64,000 nt of DNA from Callorhinchus milii (Eukaryota). A model generated the notes under the pieces. The model was not told the DNA's origin. It saw only the letters and a list, made by a program, of their open reading frames with translations, and made no database searches. Below are positions 37,264 to 49,554 of this stretch, piece after piece; position 1 is the stretch's first letter; each line of letters opens with the position of its first letter. The position numbers and the translations under genes are program-made. The stretch covers positions 108,316,001-108,380,000 of the forward strand of contig NW_024704743.1 of NCBI RefSeq assembly GCF_018977255.1, read 5' to 3'.

Positions 37264-38969
37264 ATCAGGTTGACCAACTGTGGGGATCTCAGTTGTCTGG
37301 TTCCTGAGTCAGTTGGGTCGCAATACTCTAAGGCACTATTGCTAACAGACCTTATTTATTGACAGAACATAGAGGGACAGATTAGTCAATTGGGGCAGGG
37401 ATTCTTCCCACTCAACTTCTTAACTCCTCCCCAGAACTGCAAACCGAAGCGTAATGAGTTGGATGGTCCCAGGTGGTCCCAATGGCAAGTGATGTGGGCG
37501 AGCTGTTTAAACTCCAGTAGTACTCCAAGGCACACTTTAGGATCCCTAAGACTCAGGAAAATGCCTTGGTGGCATGCATATTTCGCCCACAAATACGCAG
37601 TCAATTCACTTTACAGTATATTCTGTGAAGTGATTTGGGACGTCTAGAAGACGTGAAAAGCGCTATATCAAATGCAAGGATTATTATTATTTGGTACTCT
37701 GAGTCTGGTTTCAATATTCTTAAGCATGGGGATGGGTTTCCACATGTGTCAGACACATGGCCGACCAAAACAAAATGCCAAGTGCCACTATCTTACCATT
37801 TTCCTGAGGATAGCGCTTTTCAACTCGTTATATTACTGTGGATTTGCAATATTTTCAATGTGCTAACTGCAGCTTGAGGTTTTGAGTCCTGAAACCTATT
37901 TAACTGGGGAGATTCACAAGCTAGGTAATTGTAATTCAAAAACTCGACAGAAACCTAAAAAAAAGGCCAGAGAGCAAAACAAAGAAGCATCACCCTATCG
38001 TGGGTCTAAAAAGTTTCGAAACATCAGATTACTGATGCTATGTCACATGAAGGTCCCATGTATTGCAGTAGCTCTTGTTTTATGAATGTAATCATAACCT
38101 TTGACTCTTAAGCCATTTAGATCTTTCAAGAATTTGCTATAGCACCCTTGACATCTTTCTTACAAGGATTCCTTTTTATACAACGAGTTTCTTAGTTCAG
38201 GAATAAGTAATATTCACACAAGGAAATTTGTTGCATAATCAAAAAAACTACCAATATGAATTTGATTGTTCTTTTCAAATTCCAATTCTTTTCATTGGTT
38301 TATATCCAAGCTGCCGTTGAAGTCCTTCAAACTGTTGAAATGCTGTGTACTGGCCGCAACTCCTTTAGTTGCTAAAGCATCACATTGAACAAAACACTTA
38401 TTCTAGAATCCCAATATTGATTTAACAAATTTAAACTCCTAAGAACAAATATGTTTCCCGTAAAAGGACAAACACTATGCAAATATTTTGATCCAATTTA
38501 ATAATAACAATAATCCTTGCATTTGATATAGCACATTATCACGTCATCCAGATGTCTCAAAGAGCTTCACAGGATATACTGTAAAATGACGTAACTGTGT
38601 GTATTTTGTGGGTGATCATGGTGACCAATTTGCATGAGTAAGTGACAATTTTTTTATTTGGGGGATTGTTGGCTAGGACACCAGGAGAAATTACCCTCTC
38701 TTTTTGAATCATGCCATAGAATCTTTAAAGTCCACTTGAACAAAGCCTTGGTTTAGCGTCTCATTGGAAGGACAATATCTCTGACAATGTTGCACATCTT
38801 CAGCACTGCAATGGAGTGTCAGCATAGATTCCAAGTGCTGCCTTAGGCCTTGAACCCACAACCTTCTGACTCAGAGACCACAGTGCTACCAACTGAGACA
38901 TGATGACATCTTTTTATAGACCTTGTGTGGCAACAGAAATTGTAAAAGCATACTATATGTCATATTCTT

Positions 38970-39448
38970 AATAAATAATAATAAATAATCCTTGAATTTG
39001 ATATAGCGCTTTTCACGTCGGGAGGACGTCCCAAAGCGCTTCACAGAACACACTGTAAAGTGAATTGACTGTATATATTTGTGGGCGAACGCGGCAGCCA
39101 ATTGTGCACAGCAATGTCCCACAAACAGCCGTAGATTGAAAATGACCAATTTATTATTGTTTTGGGTTTTGGAGGGATTATTATTAGGCATGTGGAGTAA
39201 GGAAACTTGCCCAAGCTTTCGCCCTAGATAGATGGTGTACGCCTTCTATAGCTGTAGCTCAGTGGTTCGAGCACACACTTTGCCGCGAGAGACCTGGGTT
39301 CGATTCCCGGCCGGGTAATTCCCAGTTGGGCAAGTTTCCTTACTCCACTCGGCTCTGTTTACCCAAGGTTTCGCCCTGTGCCTGGAATTGAACTCAGATA
39401 TCTCACTTGCAAAGCGAGTGCTCTAACCACTGAGCTACAGGACTCCAC
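38970..39448 (-). mobile_element. Young SINE, short type, carrying a 140-bp inverted SINE-head insertion
   Basis: Family sequence on both sides of 39227-39366. Confidence 0.9.
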
Positions 39449-39479
39449 ATGGATTCTTACTAGCTGAAACAACATTAAG

Positions 39480-39780
39480 ATTTCTATTGTGCATTTCACG
39501 TCAAGAGGACATCTCAAAACACTTCACACAACTGACTGGGTGTCCTAGTGTGGGGAGCTGAGGAGCTAGGGGAGCAGAAGGGTTGCAGGAGGTCTCAGAG
39601 GTTGGATGCAAATCTTGAATTCAGTTCACTGGGGAATGGGGAACCCAGGGAGATGAGCCGCATAGGGTTGATGGGCTCAGAGAGCCTGGTGCGAGACAGG
39701 ACACAGCCTGTAGAGTTATGAAAGGTCTGCAGCTTGTGTAGGGAAGAGATAGGGAGTCTGATGAGCAAGGTGTTTGAGCA
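39480..39780 (-). mobile_element. Decayed L2 fragment
   Basis: NTLLIRLPISSLHKLQ...VLSRTRL remnant and L2-type tail. Confidence 0.7.
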
Positions 39781-39895
39781 AACAAACAATTATTCTACAT
39801 AGGTGTAAAAATGATCAGTTCTGAGCATAGAATCCCAAAATGTGTTATTCCAAGACATAGACTAGAGTGAAAAAACTGGATGTTTCAGTACTCAC

Positions 39896-40049
39896 CAATT
39901 TTATACATTAAAACCCTGCTTCCACTGGTGTCTCGAGACCTCAAAACCGCATGGTAACCAGCCTTGAGGAGTCCCATGACTGATGAAGGCCGCAGGTCGG
40001 CACTGATCTCAGGGCATTCAGCTCTCCATTTGTGGTAGTTTATAAGTAA
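39896..40049 (-). CDS. TTPA: TTPA coding exon 2 ([52 protein letters not shown])
   Basis: [13 protein letters not shown] motif; ttcacag acceptor, G|GTGAG donor. Confidence 0.97.
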
Positions 40050-40500
40050 CTGTGAAAAGAGGATCAACAAAGAAAGTGTTTAGTTATATGCATACCGATA
40101 ACTGATTGAAACATTGTTAGGGTAACAAGTGGTCCCCTCACTCTGACATCCAACACATCTTTAGATTTTACAATGGTTATTTCTCCTTTGAAATTTCTCC
40201 TTTCTTCTTCCTCCTAAAATACTGAAAACAAAAAATTCACTGCTGTCTCCTTCTATAATTGGAGCTTTTTCAGGTGCTTCTTGCCTTCCTTAATCTTTCC
40301 TTTGTACTACAATCTACAGGTCTTAAAATCCCAAACTTAACCACTTCCTGTGGACTGATCCTACATCTTTGTTATTTAAAGTACTTCACTAGGGGCTTCC
40401 CCTAAATTTTGACTTCAAAATTAATCCAAGATAATTGGTTGAGATCCATAGTTATTAACAAGAAATGTGAACACTAATCATTCCACAGTTCTGATATTTC

Positions 40501-40814
40501 GTGGAGTCCTGTAGCTCAGTGGATAGAGCACTTGCTTTGCAAGCGAGAGACCCGAGTTCAATTCCAGGCAGGGTGAAACCTTGGGCAAGTTTCCTTACTC
40601 CACACGCCTAATAATAATCCCTCCAAAACCAAAAACAATAATAAATTGGTCATTTTCAATCTACGACTGTTTGTGGGACATTGCTGTGTGCAATTGGCTG
40701 CCGCTTTCACCCACAAATGTAAAGTCAATTCACTTTACAATGTATTCTGTGAAGCGCTTTGGGACGTCCTCCCGACGTGAAAAGCACTATATCAAATTCA
40801 AGGATTATTATTAT
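40501..40814 (+). mobile_element. Young tRNA(Ala-like)-headed SINE, short type, full length, TTPA intron 1
   Basis: A box TAGCTCAGTGG, B box GTTCAATTCC, Deu-like body (ctgtttgtgggacattgctgtg), L2-like stem-loop and (ATT)n tail. Confidence 0.93.
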
Positions 40815-41389
40815 TTCTGCATTCCATCAGTAACAGAACTGGTTTCTGAACTAGATACTTGTGAGATTAGTCATACTTGTTTGTAACTCAAGTGACTTGT
40901 TTGTCACTCAACAATAACATAACAACCTTTTAGCAGTTGTTAGACCAGAGAAGGTGTTTTCATGTTTATGCAGTCAGTGATAGAATGATGATGCGAAAAA
41001 GGCTGCAGTCAATGGGAAATCTTTAAATAAGCCATCATTTCCCATCCTACAAGTCCTTGCTTATCTTTTCAATGACATCGAGGTCTAATATATATTAATT
41101 TCCTAACTAAGACATTTGAGTGGGTAGTCCTTCTGGTAAAGGTTCATATGTCAGTCACATCAATCCACAGGAACTCTGCTCTGAATGCAACCCTTGGTGC
41201 AGGGGAATTACTGAATTTATAGTGAAATACTGCAAGTAAACATCATAAATTTCCAGTTTCCTTAATTAAGGAACCCAGTTAAAACTCACTATGTAATACA
41301 CCCCACTGTACAATATGTCAAGTCATCTGCGACACATGGTAACTGCTTGATGCTCTATTGGTTTTTGCTCAGCGCCGGGTGTCTAAAAA

Positions 41390-41690
41390 TTACAACAACA
41401 ACAAAAACTTGCATTTATATAGTGTCCTTCACGTGGGGTAGCGTCCTGGAGCATTTGACAGAGGCAACATCCGACACGGTGCGAGGGGGAGAAGGAAACA
41501 AGTTCCACAGTTTCGGGGCTTAGTGGCTGAAGGCACGGCCACCGATGTTGGAGCGGAGGGGACAAGGGACAAACGTGAGGTCAGAGACGGCCGAGCGGAG
41601 GCAGCTGGTGGTGGAATGGGGGGTAGGCAAATTGGACAGGTGGGAGGTGTGAGGGTGCAGGGGTTTACAACCAATTTAAGATCTTGGAGC
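41390..41690 (-). mobile_element. L2 3' fragment, TTPA intron 1
   Basis: (GTT)n tail, gcactatataaatgcaag end, C-rich 3' region. Confidence 0.75.
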
Positions 41691-42214
41691 CAACAGTGTC
41701 ACGTTTACTGAGTAGTGCTACTGCAGAGAGTAATGCTTATGGACTAATTCATAATAATAACAATCCTTGCATTTGGTATAGTGCTCTACTATGCTGTTCA
41801 AACATATCAAAAGACTTCACATGATTTACTGTAAAGAGGAAAGGCGAATGTGACAGGAAATTTGCACACAGCAATACAATGGCAAAAAAAAATGCTTTGA
41901 TCTTCTCACCCTTTCTCTTTTGCTTTCTCTCCAACTGCTTTCCCTCCCCCTCCCCTCCCCTCCCCCTCCCCTCCCTGTGTGGGCTCTTTCCCCACATTCA
42001 TTCCTATTCCCTTCCTACCTCTGACTTTCCCTGACAACATTTTTTTTTTTTTGCATCCCTCCCCCACTTGGCCCCTCCATCTCCTCCCTCAAGTCCTTCT
42101 CTCTTGTACATCCCATCCCTTTCCATCCTCTCTCTCCCTCCCTCCCTCCCTCCCTCTCACTCTCTCCCCCCCCCCCCCACCCCCACCCCCTTCCACCTGC
42201 ATTGACTCCTTTAC

Positions 42215-42412
42215 CTTCAGTGCCAACTCCTGGTGGAAATCCCTGGCTCTCAGGAACCTGATGAGAAACTCATCCTCCAAACCCAGCGGCCAGTGTTGGC
42301 TCAGACTCACTGCTCGGAGCCGCAGCTCAGAAACGGAGAGCAGCTCAGATTCCGGGCAAAGCTCATCCTCTCGGAGACCCACCGCCGCCGCGGGGTCGCT
42401 CTGTCGGGACAT
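42215..42412 (-). CDS. TTPA: TTPA coding exon 1 (MSRQSDP...EDEFLIRFLRARDFHQELALK)
   Basis: ATG in acaacATG context, RFLRARDF motif, AAG|GTAAAG donor. Confidence 0.93.
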
Positions 42413-42720
42413 GTTGTAACGTTACCTGCGCTCAGACCCGAGTCCCTCCCGGAATGAATGGGTTCTCACTCACTCTCTCTCTCTCTCTCACTCTCTCTCT
42501 CTTTCTTTCTTTCCTCTGCAACTTTGACTCGAAACTTTAGTCAGTGCGAAAGAGAGAGAGAGAGAGGGAGGGAGGGGGGGAGGGAGGGAGGGGTGGGGGC
42601 AGGAAGTCACAGCCCCGCACCTCACTCACTGCGGGTGACGCCTGAGCTTTCCCGCAGTGTAGGCGGAGTGGGACACCAAAAGCAGCACTTTTCACTTTTA
42701 TACATCTCGGGGTGGGGGGG
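42413..42720 (-). promoter_or_regulatory. TTPA 5' UTR / proximal promoter
   Basis: GC-rich, CpG-containing region upstream of the ATG; TATAAAAG on the minus strand at 42702-42695; GC boxes; GA/CT tracts. Confidence 0.45.
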
Positions 42721-42727
42721 GGGTTGT

Positions 42728-43023
42728 AATAATAATAATACTGCTGCTAAGGATAATCCTTGCATTTGATATAATAATAATAATAACAATAATAATCCTT
42801 GCATTTGAGACGGCGCTTTTCGCGTCTTCTCGACGTCTCAAAGCGCTTCACGGAATAGACTGTAAAGTGAATTGACTGTATATTTTGTTTTTTTTCTCTT
42901 GAGGGATTATTATCAGGCGTGTGGAGTAAGGAAACTTGCCCCAGGTTTTGCCCGGCCCGGTATCGAACCCGGGCCTCTCGCTTGCGAGGCGAATGCTCTA
43001 ACCACTGAGCTACAGGTCTCCAC
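42728..43023 (-). mobile_element. SINE with duplicated tail immediately upstream of the TTPA promoter
   Basis: tRNA-like head at 43023-42950; tail motif ataatccttgcatttga present twice. Confidence 0.88.
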
Positions 43024-45047
43024 TTTGAGCCTTGTTGGGCATCCATTTGGAAAGAACACATCAACTGGCTTGTAACACAAGGCTATATAATGCTGTACTA
43101 ACTTAACACCAAGAAAGGCAAGTTAGAAGTGTTTTTAGTATCTTGAGATCCTGCTGTAACCGTGATATGTCTGTGGCATTCTTTGTGAAGTATCTGCAGG
43201 AATTTCTCAGATAATAGTATGTGTGAACAAGAATTAGCATTAGTATTTCTGGTCAGAAGAGGCTGAGGTATAATTTAACCCCTCGTGGTATTCTTCCACT
43301 GTCTGCCTGGGCATAAAGTTTCAGCCTGGCTCAGTTGATGGGGTTCAGCCCCATGTCAAGACTTTGAGGTCATACTCTAGACTGGCACTCCTGTCTCCAG
43401 TGTTGGGGTAGTGCCACAGAGGTGCCAGCCTTTGGATGAGACATTAAACTGAGGTCCCATCTGTCTATTCAGTTGGATGTTAAAGATCTCATGGCACTAT
43501 TTGAAAAGAGATGGGAGTTTCTCGAGTGTCCTATCCAACAAATCCCCAGATTGACTGTTTGTGTACAAATTGGCTGCATTTATCTCTAAATCCACAATCT
43601 ATACACTTTGCACTAAATTCTGTGAAGCACTTTGAGATGTTCAACAACTATATCAAATGCAAGCATTATTATTAACATTATACAATTATTACCCAGTTGT
43701 TAGTTGATTGATGGATCGCTTTTCCAGGATTGTAATCCCTTCAAAAACATTTTTTTAAATTATAATAATTTGGTCAATCCACAACTGTTTGTGGGACACT
43801 ACTGTACACAATTGGCTGCCGCATTTTGCCCACAAAAATATACAGTCAATTCACTTTACAATATGTTATGTTAAGCTCTTTCAGATGTCTTGAAGATGTG
43901 ATGATGTCTTGGGACGTCCTCCTGACGTGAAAGGTGCTCTATAAATGGAATCTTGTTTTTGTTGTTGTTGATGAGGCGCTATATCAAATGCAAGCATTAT
44001 TATTACCATTATTTTATTACAAGATACTTCTTAAATTTGCTGTATTGTCTTGTGATACAGAGCTGAACCTTGTAGCCTATAAATGAAAACTGAGGAGATG
44101 CTTCTCTGCTCGGTATTGGTCAGAAAAAAATAAGACGTGCTCACAAGCCTGCCTAGTTCATTGAGGATTCAAATGCTCAGAGTCAAAAACAGGCTCCAGG
44201 AGATGGAAAACAAACAGCTATACTGCAAAGCAGGTCTTTTATTCCAGTGTTTTTTCATTTAAAACTGGCATCAAATCATAAAATTTCAAGGCCAGTTAAT
44301 GTCAGTATAACGTTTGGCTCAAACCTCTCTGTATCAAATTTCAGCAATAAGTAACTAACGGTGAAACAAACTGATAACATGTGACAAATGCACTGTAAGC
44401 GTTTTCTTCATTATTGTTGTTGTTAGTTGTTGTTATTAGCCCTTAAGATATGTTACATTGAGAAAATAGTGGTGTCAGCCAGTCTCAGCAAGTAGCACTC
44501 TCTTGTGCGAGTCATACGGTTACCCCACGTAGGGGCTTTTCATTAATTTACTCAAGGCTGACACTCCAGTGCAGTGCTACGGATGTACTACATTGTTGGA
44601 CGTACTGTCCTTAGGATAAGTCATTAAACCCAGGACCCATCTGCCTATTCAGGTGGACATTAAAGATCACATGGCAATACTCAAAAAGAGAAGGGAATTT
44701 CTGCTGGTGGCCTGACCATGAATGACCAATTAAATTTGTCATTCACTTCATGGCTGTTTATGGACACTTTTGTGTGCAAGTTGGCTGCAACATGCCTGAA
44801 AAAGACACAGTCACCACACTTTATAGTAAATCCTTTGAAGCGCTTTGAGACAATACAATATAACTTTATATAGCACCTTTCACCTCAGGAGGGCATCTCA
44901 ATAATTTTATGTGGAGCTTTTCATGTCGGAAGTTGGCTGGGTACCTGAAGTGGGTGGAGGAGGGGCTGGGAGAAGGGGCGGGGGAGAGCTGAAGAGGGCA
45001 GGGGTGAGAAAGATGAAGAGGGCAGCGGTGAAAAGGGCATATGCCAC

Positions 45048-45373
45048 ATAATAATAATAATAATCCTTGCATTTGATATAGCGCTTTTCACGTCGGGAGG
45101 ACGTCCCAAAGCGCTTCACAGAACACACTGTAAAGTGAATTGACTGTATATTTGTGGACGAACGCGGCAGCCAATTGCGCACAGCAATGTCCCACAAACA
45201 GTCGTAGATTGAAAATGATCAATTTATTATTGTTTTGGGTTTTGGAGGGATTATTATATTATTATTATTAGGCGTGTGGAAACTTGCCCAAGTTTTCACC
45301 CTCTGCCTGGAATTGAACTCAGGTCTCTCGCTTGCAAAGCGAGTGGTCTAACCACTGAGCTACAGGACTCCAC
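45048..45373 (-). mobile_element. Young SINE, short type, nested in an older SINE
   Basis: Full-length family sequence; remainder of the older tail at 45375-45415. Confidence 0.9.
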
Positions 45374-47004
45374 TTGTGAAAAGTGCTCTATCAAATCAAG
45401 GATGTAATTATTATTATCATAAATAACAATGCCAATTATTTAGTGGAAACAGAAAATGTTGGAAATATATGTCAGGCTTATCAGGATCTGAAAGAGAGAG
45501 CACAATTTTTAATAATACAATAATAATCCTTGCATTTGATATAGCGCTTTTTACTTCTTCTAGACGTCTCAAAGCGCTTCACAGAATATACTGTAAAGTG
45601 ATTGACTGTATATTTTGTGGGCGAAACATGGCAGCCAATTGCGCACAGCAGTACTGCTCGGTCGTTACTAAAGCTCAGAACGATACGTAAATGTGTGCAT
45701 TTTATTAGTTGTGAAGCTCAAAGGGAAATGGCATATAATAAATGTATGTTGTTGAAACTCTAATTGTGGATTTTGGGGAATTTGTACGGAATTGTAATCT
45801 CAGAGTATTAACTTTCACTTGAGCACAAGTGCACAAACATAAAGAGTCAGTTGACACTAACTTATATGAATTGAATTTATAAATTAAACCTTGGGACGAC
45901 CCCTAATGTGAAAGATGTTATACCAATGTAATTTTGTTATTGTTGTTGTTAATGCTGAAGGGATGATTCTCAGGTCAGCACCAACAGAGTTACATAGTGA
46001 TATAGCATGGAAGCAGTCTGTTTGGCCCAACTAATAATTTGTGCCGGTGTTTAGACTCCACACAAGCCCTCACCTTGCCTCCTATTCCCCTCTTCTGTGC
46101 TTTTCTGTTCCCTTCTCTTTCTTGCATGTCTCAAGTACAATTTTTTGCAATTATTTTACACGTGTATGATTTTACTTTCCATCAGTACTGTGTGTTATAA
46201 CTCGTTTGAGTGAACAGGTATATCAATAATTAACTGAATGGTTGGTTTGTCTTACCTAGTCTTGCCTAGTGTAATGTTACTGCATGTTTAACAATAATCT
46301 TGATGTGCTGCTGCTGGTCATCACTTTATATTAATAAAATTGCATCAGGTTCATAACATCCTTTTTCCCATTTTTTTTCTCAATCTTGAAACAAGAGACA
46401 AACCTTAGTTCCCTCCAGTCCCATCAATGCGACCGTGCAAAATGGTCATTTAAATCCTTTGAAGGATTTTGAGACATTGTCCTGATATGAAATGTACAAA
46501 TTAATATTAATATTAATCTTTTACTACTACTAATAATACCCATGTCCTCACGCATACCAGGCTCCATACGTCTATTGCCCTGGTTCTTGCCAGGCTCCAC
46601 TTACTTTCTGTAGCAGAATGGATCGATGTTAAATCACTTCATGCCTTCGTACATCTATCTCTCCAATGTGCTCACACCCCACTCCACTACCCACTGCTTT
46701 CGCTCAGCTGGCTTGGATCTTTTGCACATTCCTTATCCCCTCTACTCCACCATAGTGGCTGTGCTTTCTACCACTATGCCCCAACCCCTGCCTCAATCCC
46801 TCCTGTCATGCTCCTTCTTTGCCAGTTGTCACATCACGCCTGAAGACATTCTTCTTCGATTGTGATTCAGTCACCTCCCCTCATTTTCCAGATCGGCATC
46901 AAACAATATATAATGCCCTTCACACTGGTAGTGCTTGAGACACTACCAGCATGAAGAGCACTATATAAATTCAAATTGCTGTTAATAATTTTTAATAGAA
47001 TACA

Positions 47005-47520
47005 AAATTACATTTGTGGAGCACCTTTCGCATTGGGAGGACGTCCCAAGGCAGGAAGGGGGTTAGGATAAGAGAGGGTGGAGGTCAGGGAGGGTAGGAG
47101 GGTGGCCGAAGGCATGGTCAAAGAGGAAGGTTTTGAGACGCGCCTTGAAGGAGGCAAGGGAGGGAGCGAGGTGAAGGGAATGTGGGATGGAGTTTCAAAG
47201 CATGTGGGCAGAGAGGCTGAAGGCCCATCCACCGATGGTGGGATGGGCCGGCCGGGCGACGTGGAACAGGCCGAAGCCTGCTGAGCGGAGGGAGTGGACA
47301 GATTGATAAGGGATTAGTAACTCACAGAGGTAGGAAGGGGCAAGGCCATAGAGGGCCTTGAAAGTGAGGACGAGGATTTTGAACTGTATCCTCTGAGAGA
47401 TGGGGAGCCAGTGGAGCCGGCTGAGGGTGATGGGGTCACGGAGCCTGGTGCGGGAGAGGACATGAGTTTCAGAGTTCTGGATGATCTGCAGCTTGCGGAG
47501 GGAAGAGTTGGGAAGGCAGT
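47005..47520 (-). mobile_element. L2 3' fragment, tail-to-tail with a more decayed plus-strand L2 (about 46540-46985)
   Basis: QIIQNS...LHWLPISQRIQFK...GLAPSYL in ORF 47195..47539. Confidence 0.88.
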
Positions 47521-49245
47521 CTATTGGTCTATTGCACAAGTTGTGTAGTGTATACTCAAATAATTGACATCAATGGCAGACTTTGTCATCAAGGAAGAAG
47601 AACCAGCAGAAGAGTCATGGATTATTTGCATTGGAACAGCATCAAGCAGAAGCAAATTATTTATTTTTGCAATTGCAATAATGCAATTTCTTTATACAAT
47701 TCATACTTTTTACATAAATCACACATGTCTCCCGGTGTCCAGACCAACAATCCCCCAAATAAAATTGGTCTCTCATTCCACGGCTGTTTGTGGAATAATG
47801 CTGAATGCAAATTAGCTGCTGCCTTTGCCCACGACATACACATACACTCCACTTTGCATTATATTCTGTGAAGCACTTTGAGAAGTCCTCCCGAAAGACG
47901 CTATATCAAATGTAAGAATTAATATTATTGTGTTTGGCAAATAATGGAAAGCATTTTTCAAAACATTTTTGGAATTTAATTACAGAAAACAGAACCACTT
48001 TAAAATAAAGCTAGTGTTGAAATTCTGCACCATCAGTGCTTGATGGTAAAATCCAAAAGACCAGTGTTTTTGAACAAAGAAAATGTTTTACATTTTTAAA
48101 TGATCTATATTAAATAGAAAACAGTCGCTTTTAGCTTAGTTTGTGTTTGCTAAATGGTTCTCGCCATCAAAATAAAACAAATCAATATAGATGTCAAATG
48201 CACAAAGCACAAGATATTCTAGAGTTTTCAAGATTCCAGGAAGTCCTGAGATTACATCTAGGGCACAATTTAAACTACTGCAAAAATCCCCAATGAGGAA
48301 ACTCTATGGGTTCATCATACGAACTTGAATGAGTTTGCAGTTTTGCAGTTGTAAACTCTGATATTCTATGTTGTCAGATCTTGGCCAAGATTATCAACGA
48401 ATTTATTATTTATTAACAAGCCTCAATGAATACCTGTTTAATCTACAATTAGGCAATCCAGGATAATTTCCATTCTGTCTTAGCCAGTTTATACAATTCA
48501 CAACTGTTTAGCCAGAAATGTAATTGTCATTACCCTAACTTTCCATCACACTTCTATGTTGCAATATTACCATTACGTCACATTCTAACAAAACTCTTAC
48601 AGTAAAATTGATGGCTTGACGATTTAGACATAGCCTATGTAATAGGCTAAATATACGCAAGCCAAAATATCTCTTTCCCAATCATATTGTATTTGTAACT
48701 TCCTACACAGGGAAATTGGATTTCACAAGATACTTGTTATTCATCTTAGGTGGAGTCACCATATGTCCCGATTTCTGGGAACAGTCCCTGAATGAGGTAT
48801 TAGGTCCCTGGCCAAATTCGCCCTATCTTGAGTTCAGCAACAAACTGAGCAAGAACAATAAACACTAAAACAAATTCTAAAACAGACACACTTATCAGAG
48901 AAGTACAGCCATTAATCCAACAAGCTTCTCCAGTACTGCCAGCATCATAAATTGTGGAGAGTTCAATTATTTTTATGTTTGGTTTAGAAACTTTGGCTAA
49001 TTTTCATGAACACAACCACATCAACCCACAGCCATTAAATACAGATTTAAAAAAACGCAAATAAATTATAATTAAAGAAACACATTTCCTTCTGAAAACC
49101 TTAGAACATATTGAGAAGCCACACCACCTAAGATAGTGACATACAGCTTCAAAAGGTTGAAAACAGTGATGAAATGGAAAGACTTTTATACACACTAACA
49201 GGGCAGGTACAGACCTGTAATCTGAATCCAAACCTCAGGTAATCT

Positions 49246-49554
49246 AACAATAATTCTTTGCATTATTTATATAACGCTCATCACATCTTCTAGACATCTC
49301 AAAGTATCACAGAATATGCTGTAAAGTGAATTGACCGTATATTTGTGGGCGAACGTGGCAGCCAATTGTACACAGCAGTGTCCGCAAAGTGTCGTGGATT
49401 AAAAATGACCAATTTATTATTGTTTTGTTTTGGAGGGATTATTATTAGGCGTGTGGAGTAAGGAAACTTGCCTAAGGTTTCGCCCTGTCTGGAATTGAAC
49501 CCAGGTGTCTCGCTTGCGAAGCGAGTGCTCTAACCACTGAGCTACAGGACCCAC
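49246..49554 (-). mobile_element. SINE, short type, with a 27-bp flanking duplication
   Basis: Full-length family sequence flanked by aatctgaatc(ca/tg)aacctcaggta(a/g)tct. Confidence 0.9.

Larger units (their letters stand above)
25157..42412 (-). other. TTPA: TTPA gene span (ATG to stop): alpha-tocopherol transfer protein, 5 coding exons, 831 nt CDS, 276 aa
   Basis: Exons of 198+154+194+111+174 nt join in frame with GT-AG introns. CRAL-TRIO-N (FL-RFLRARDF) and CRAL-TRIO/Sec14 motifs ([14 protein letters not shown]). Lies between GGH and YTHDF3 as in other vertebrates. Confidence 0.96.

Noticed and set aside
42517..42530. HNF4-like DR1 (GAGTCAAAGTTGCA, minus strand) near the TTPA start
   Set aside because: Partial match to a short motif; cannot be distinguished from chance without conservation or ChIP data.
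48751..48810. hAT-Blackjack-like terminal sequence (gtcaccatatgtcccgattt)
   Set aside because: Only one short degraded end, with no partner TIR or TSD found.
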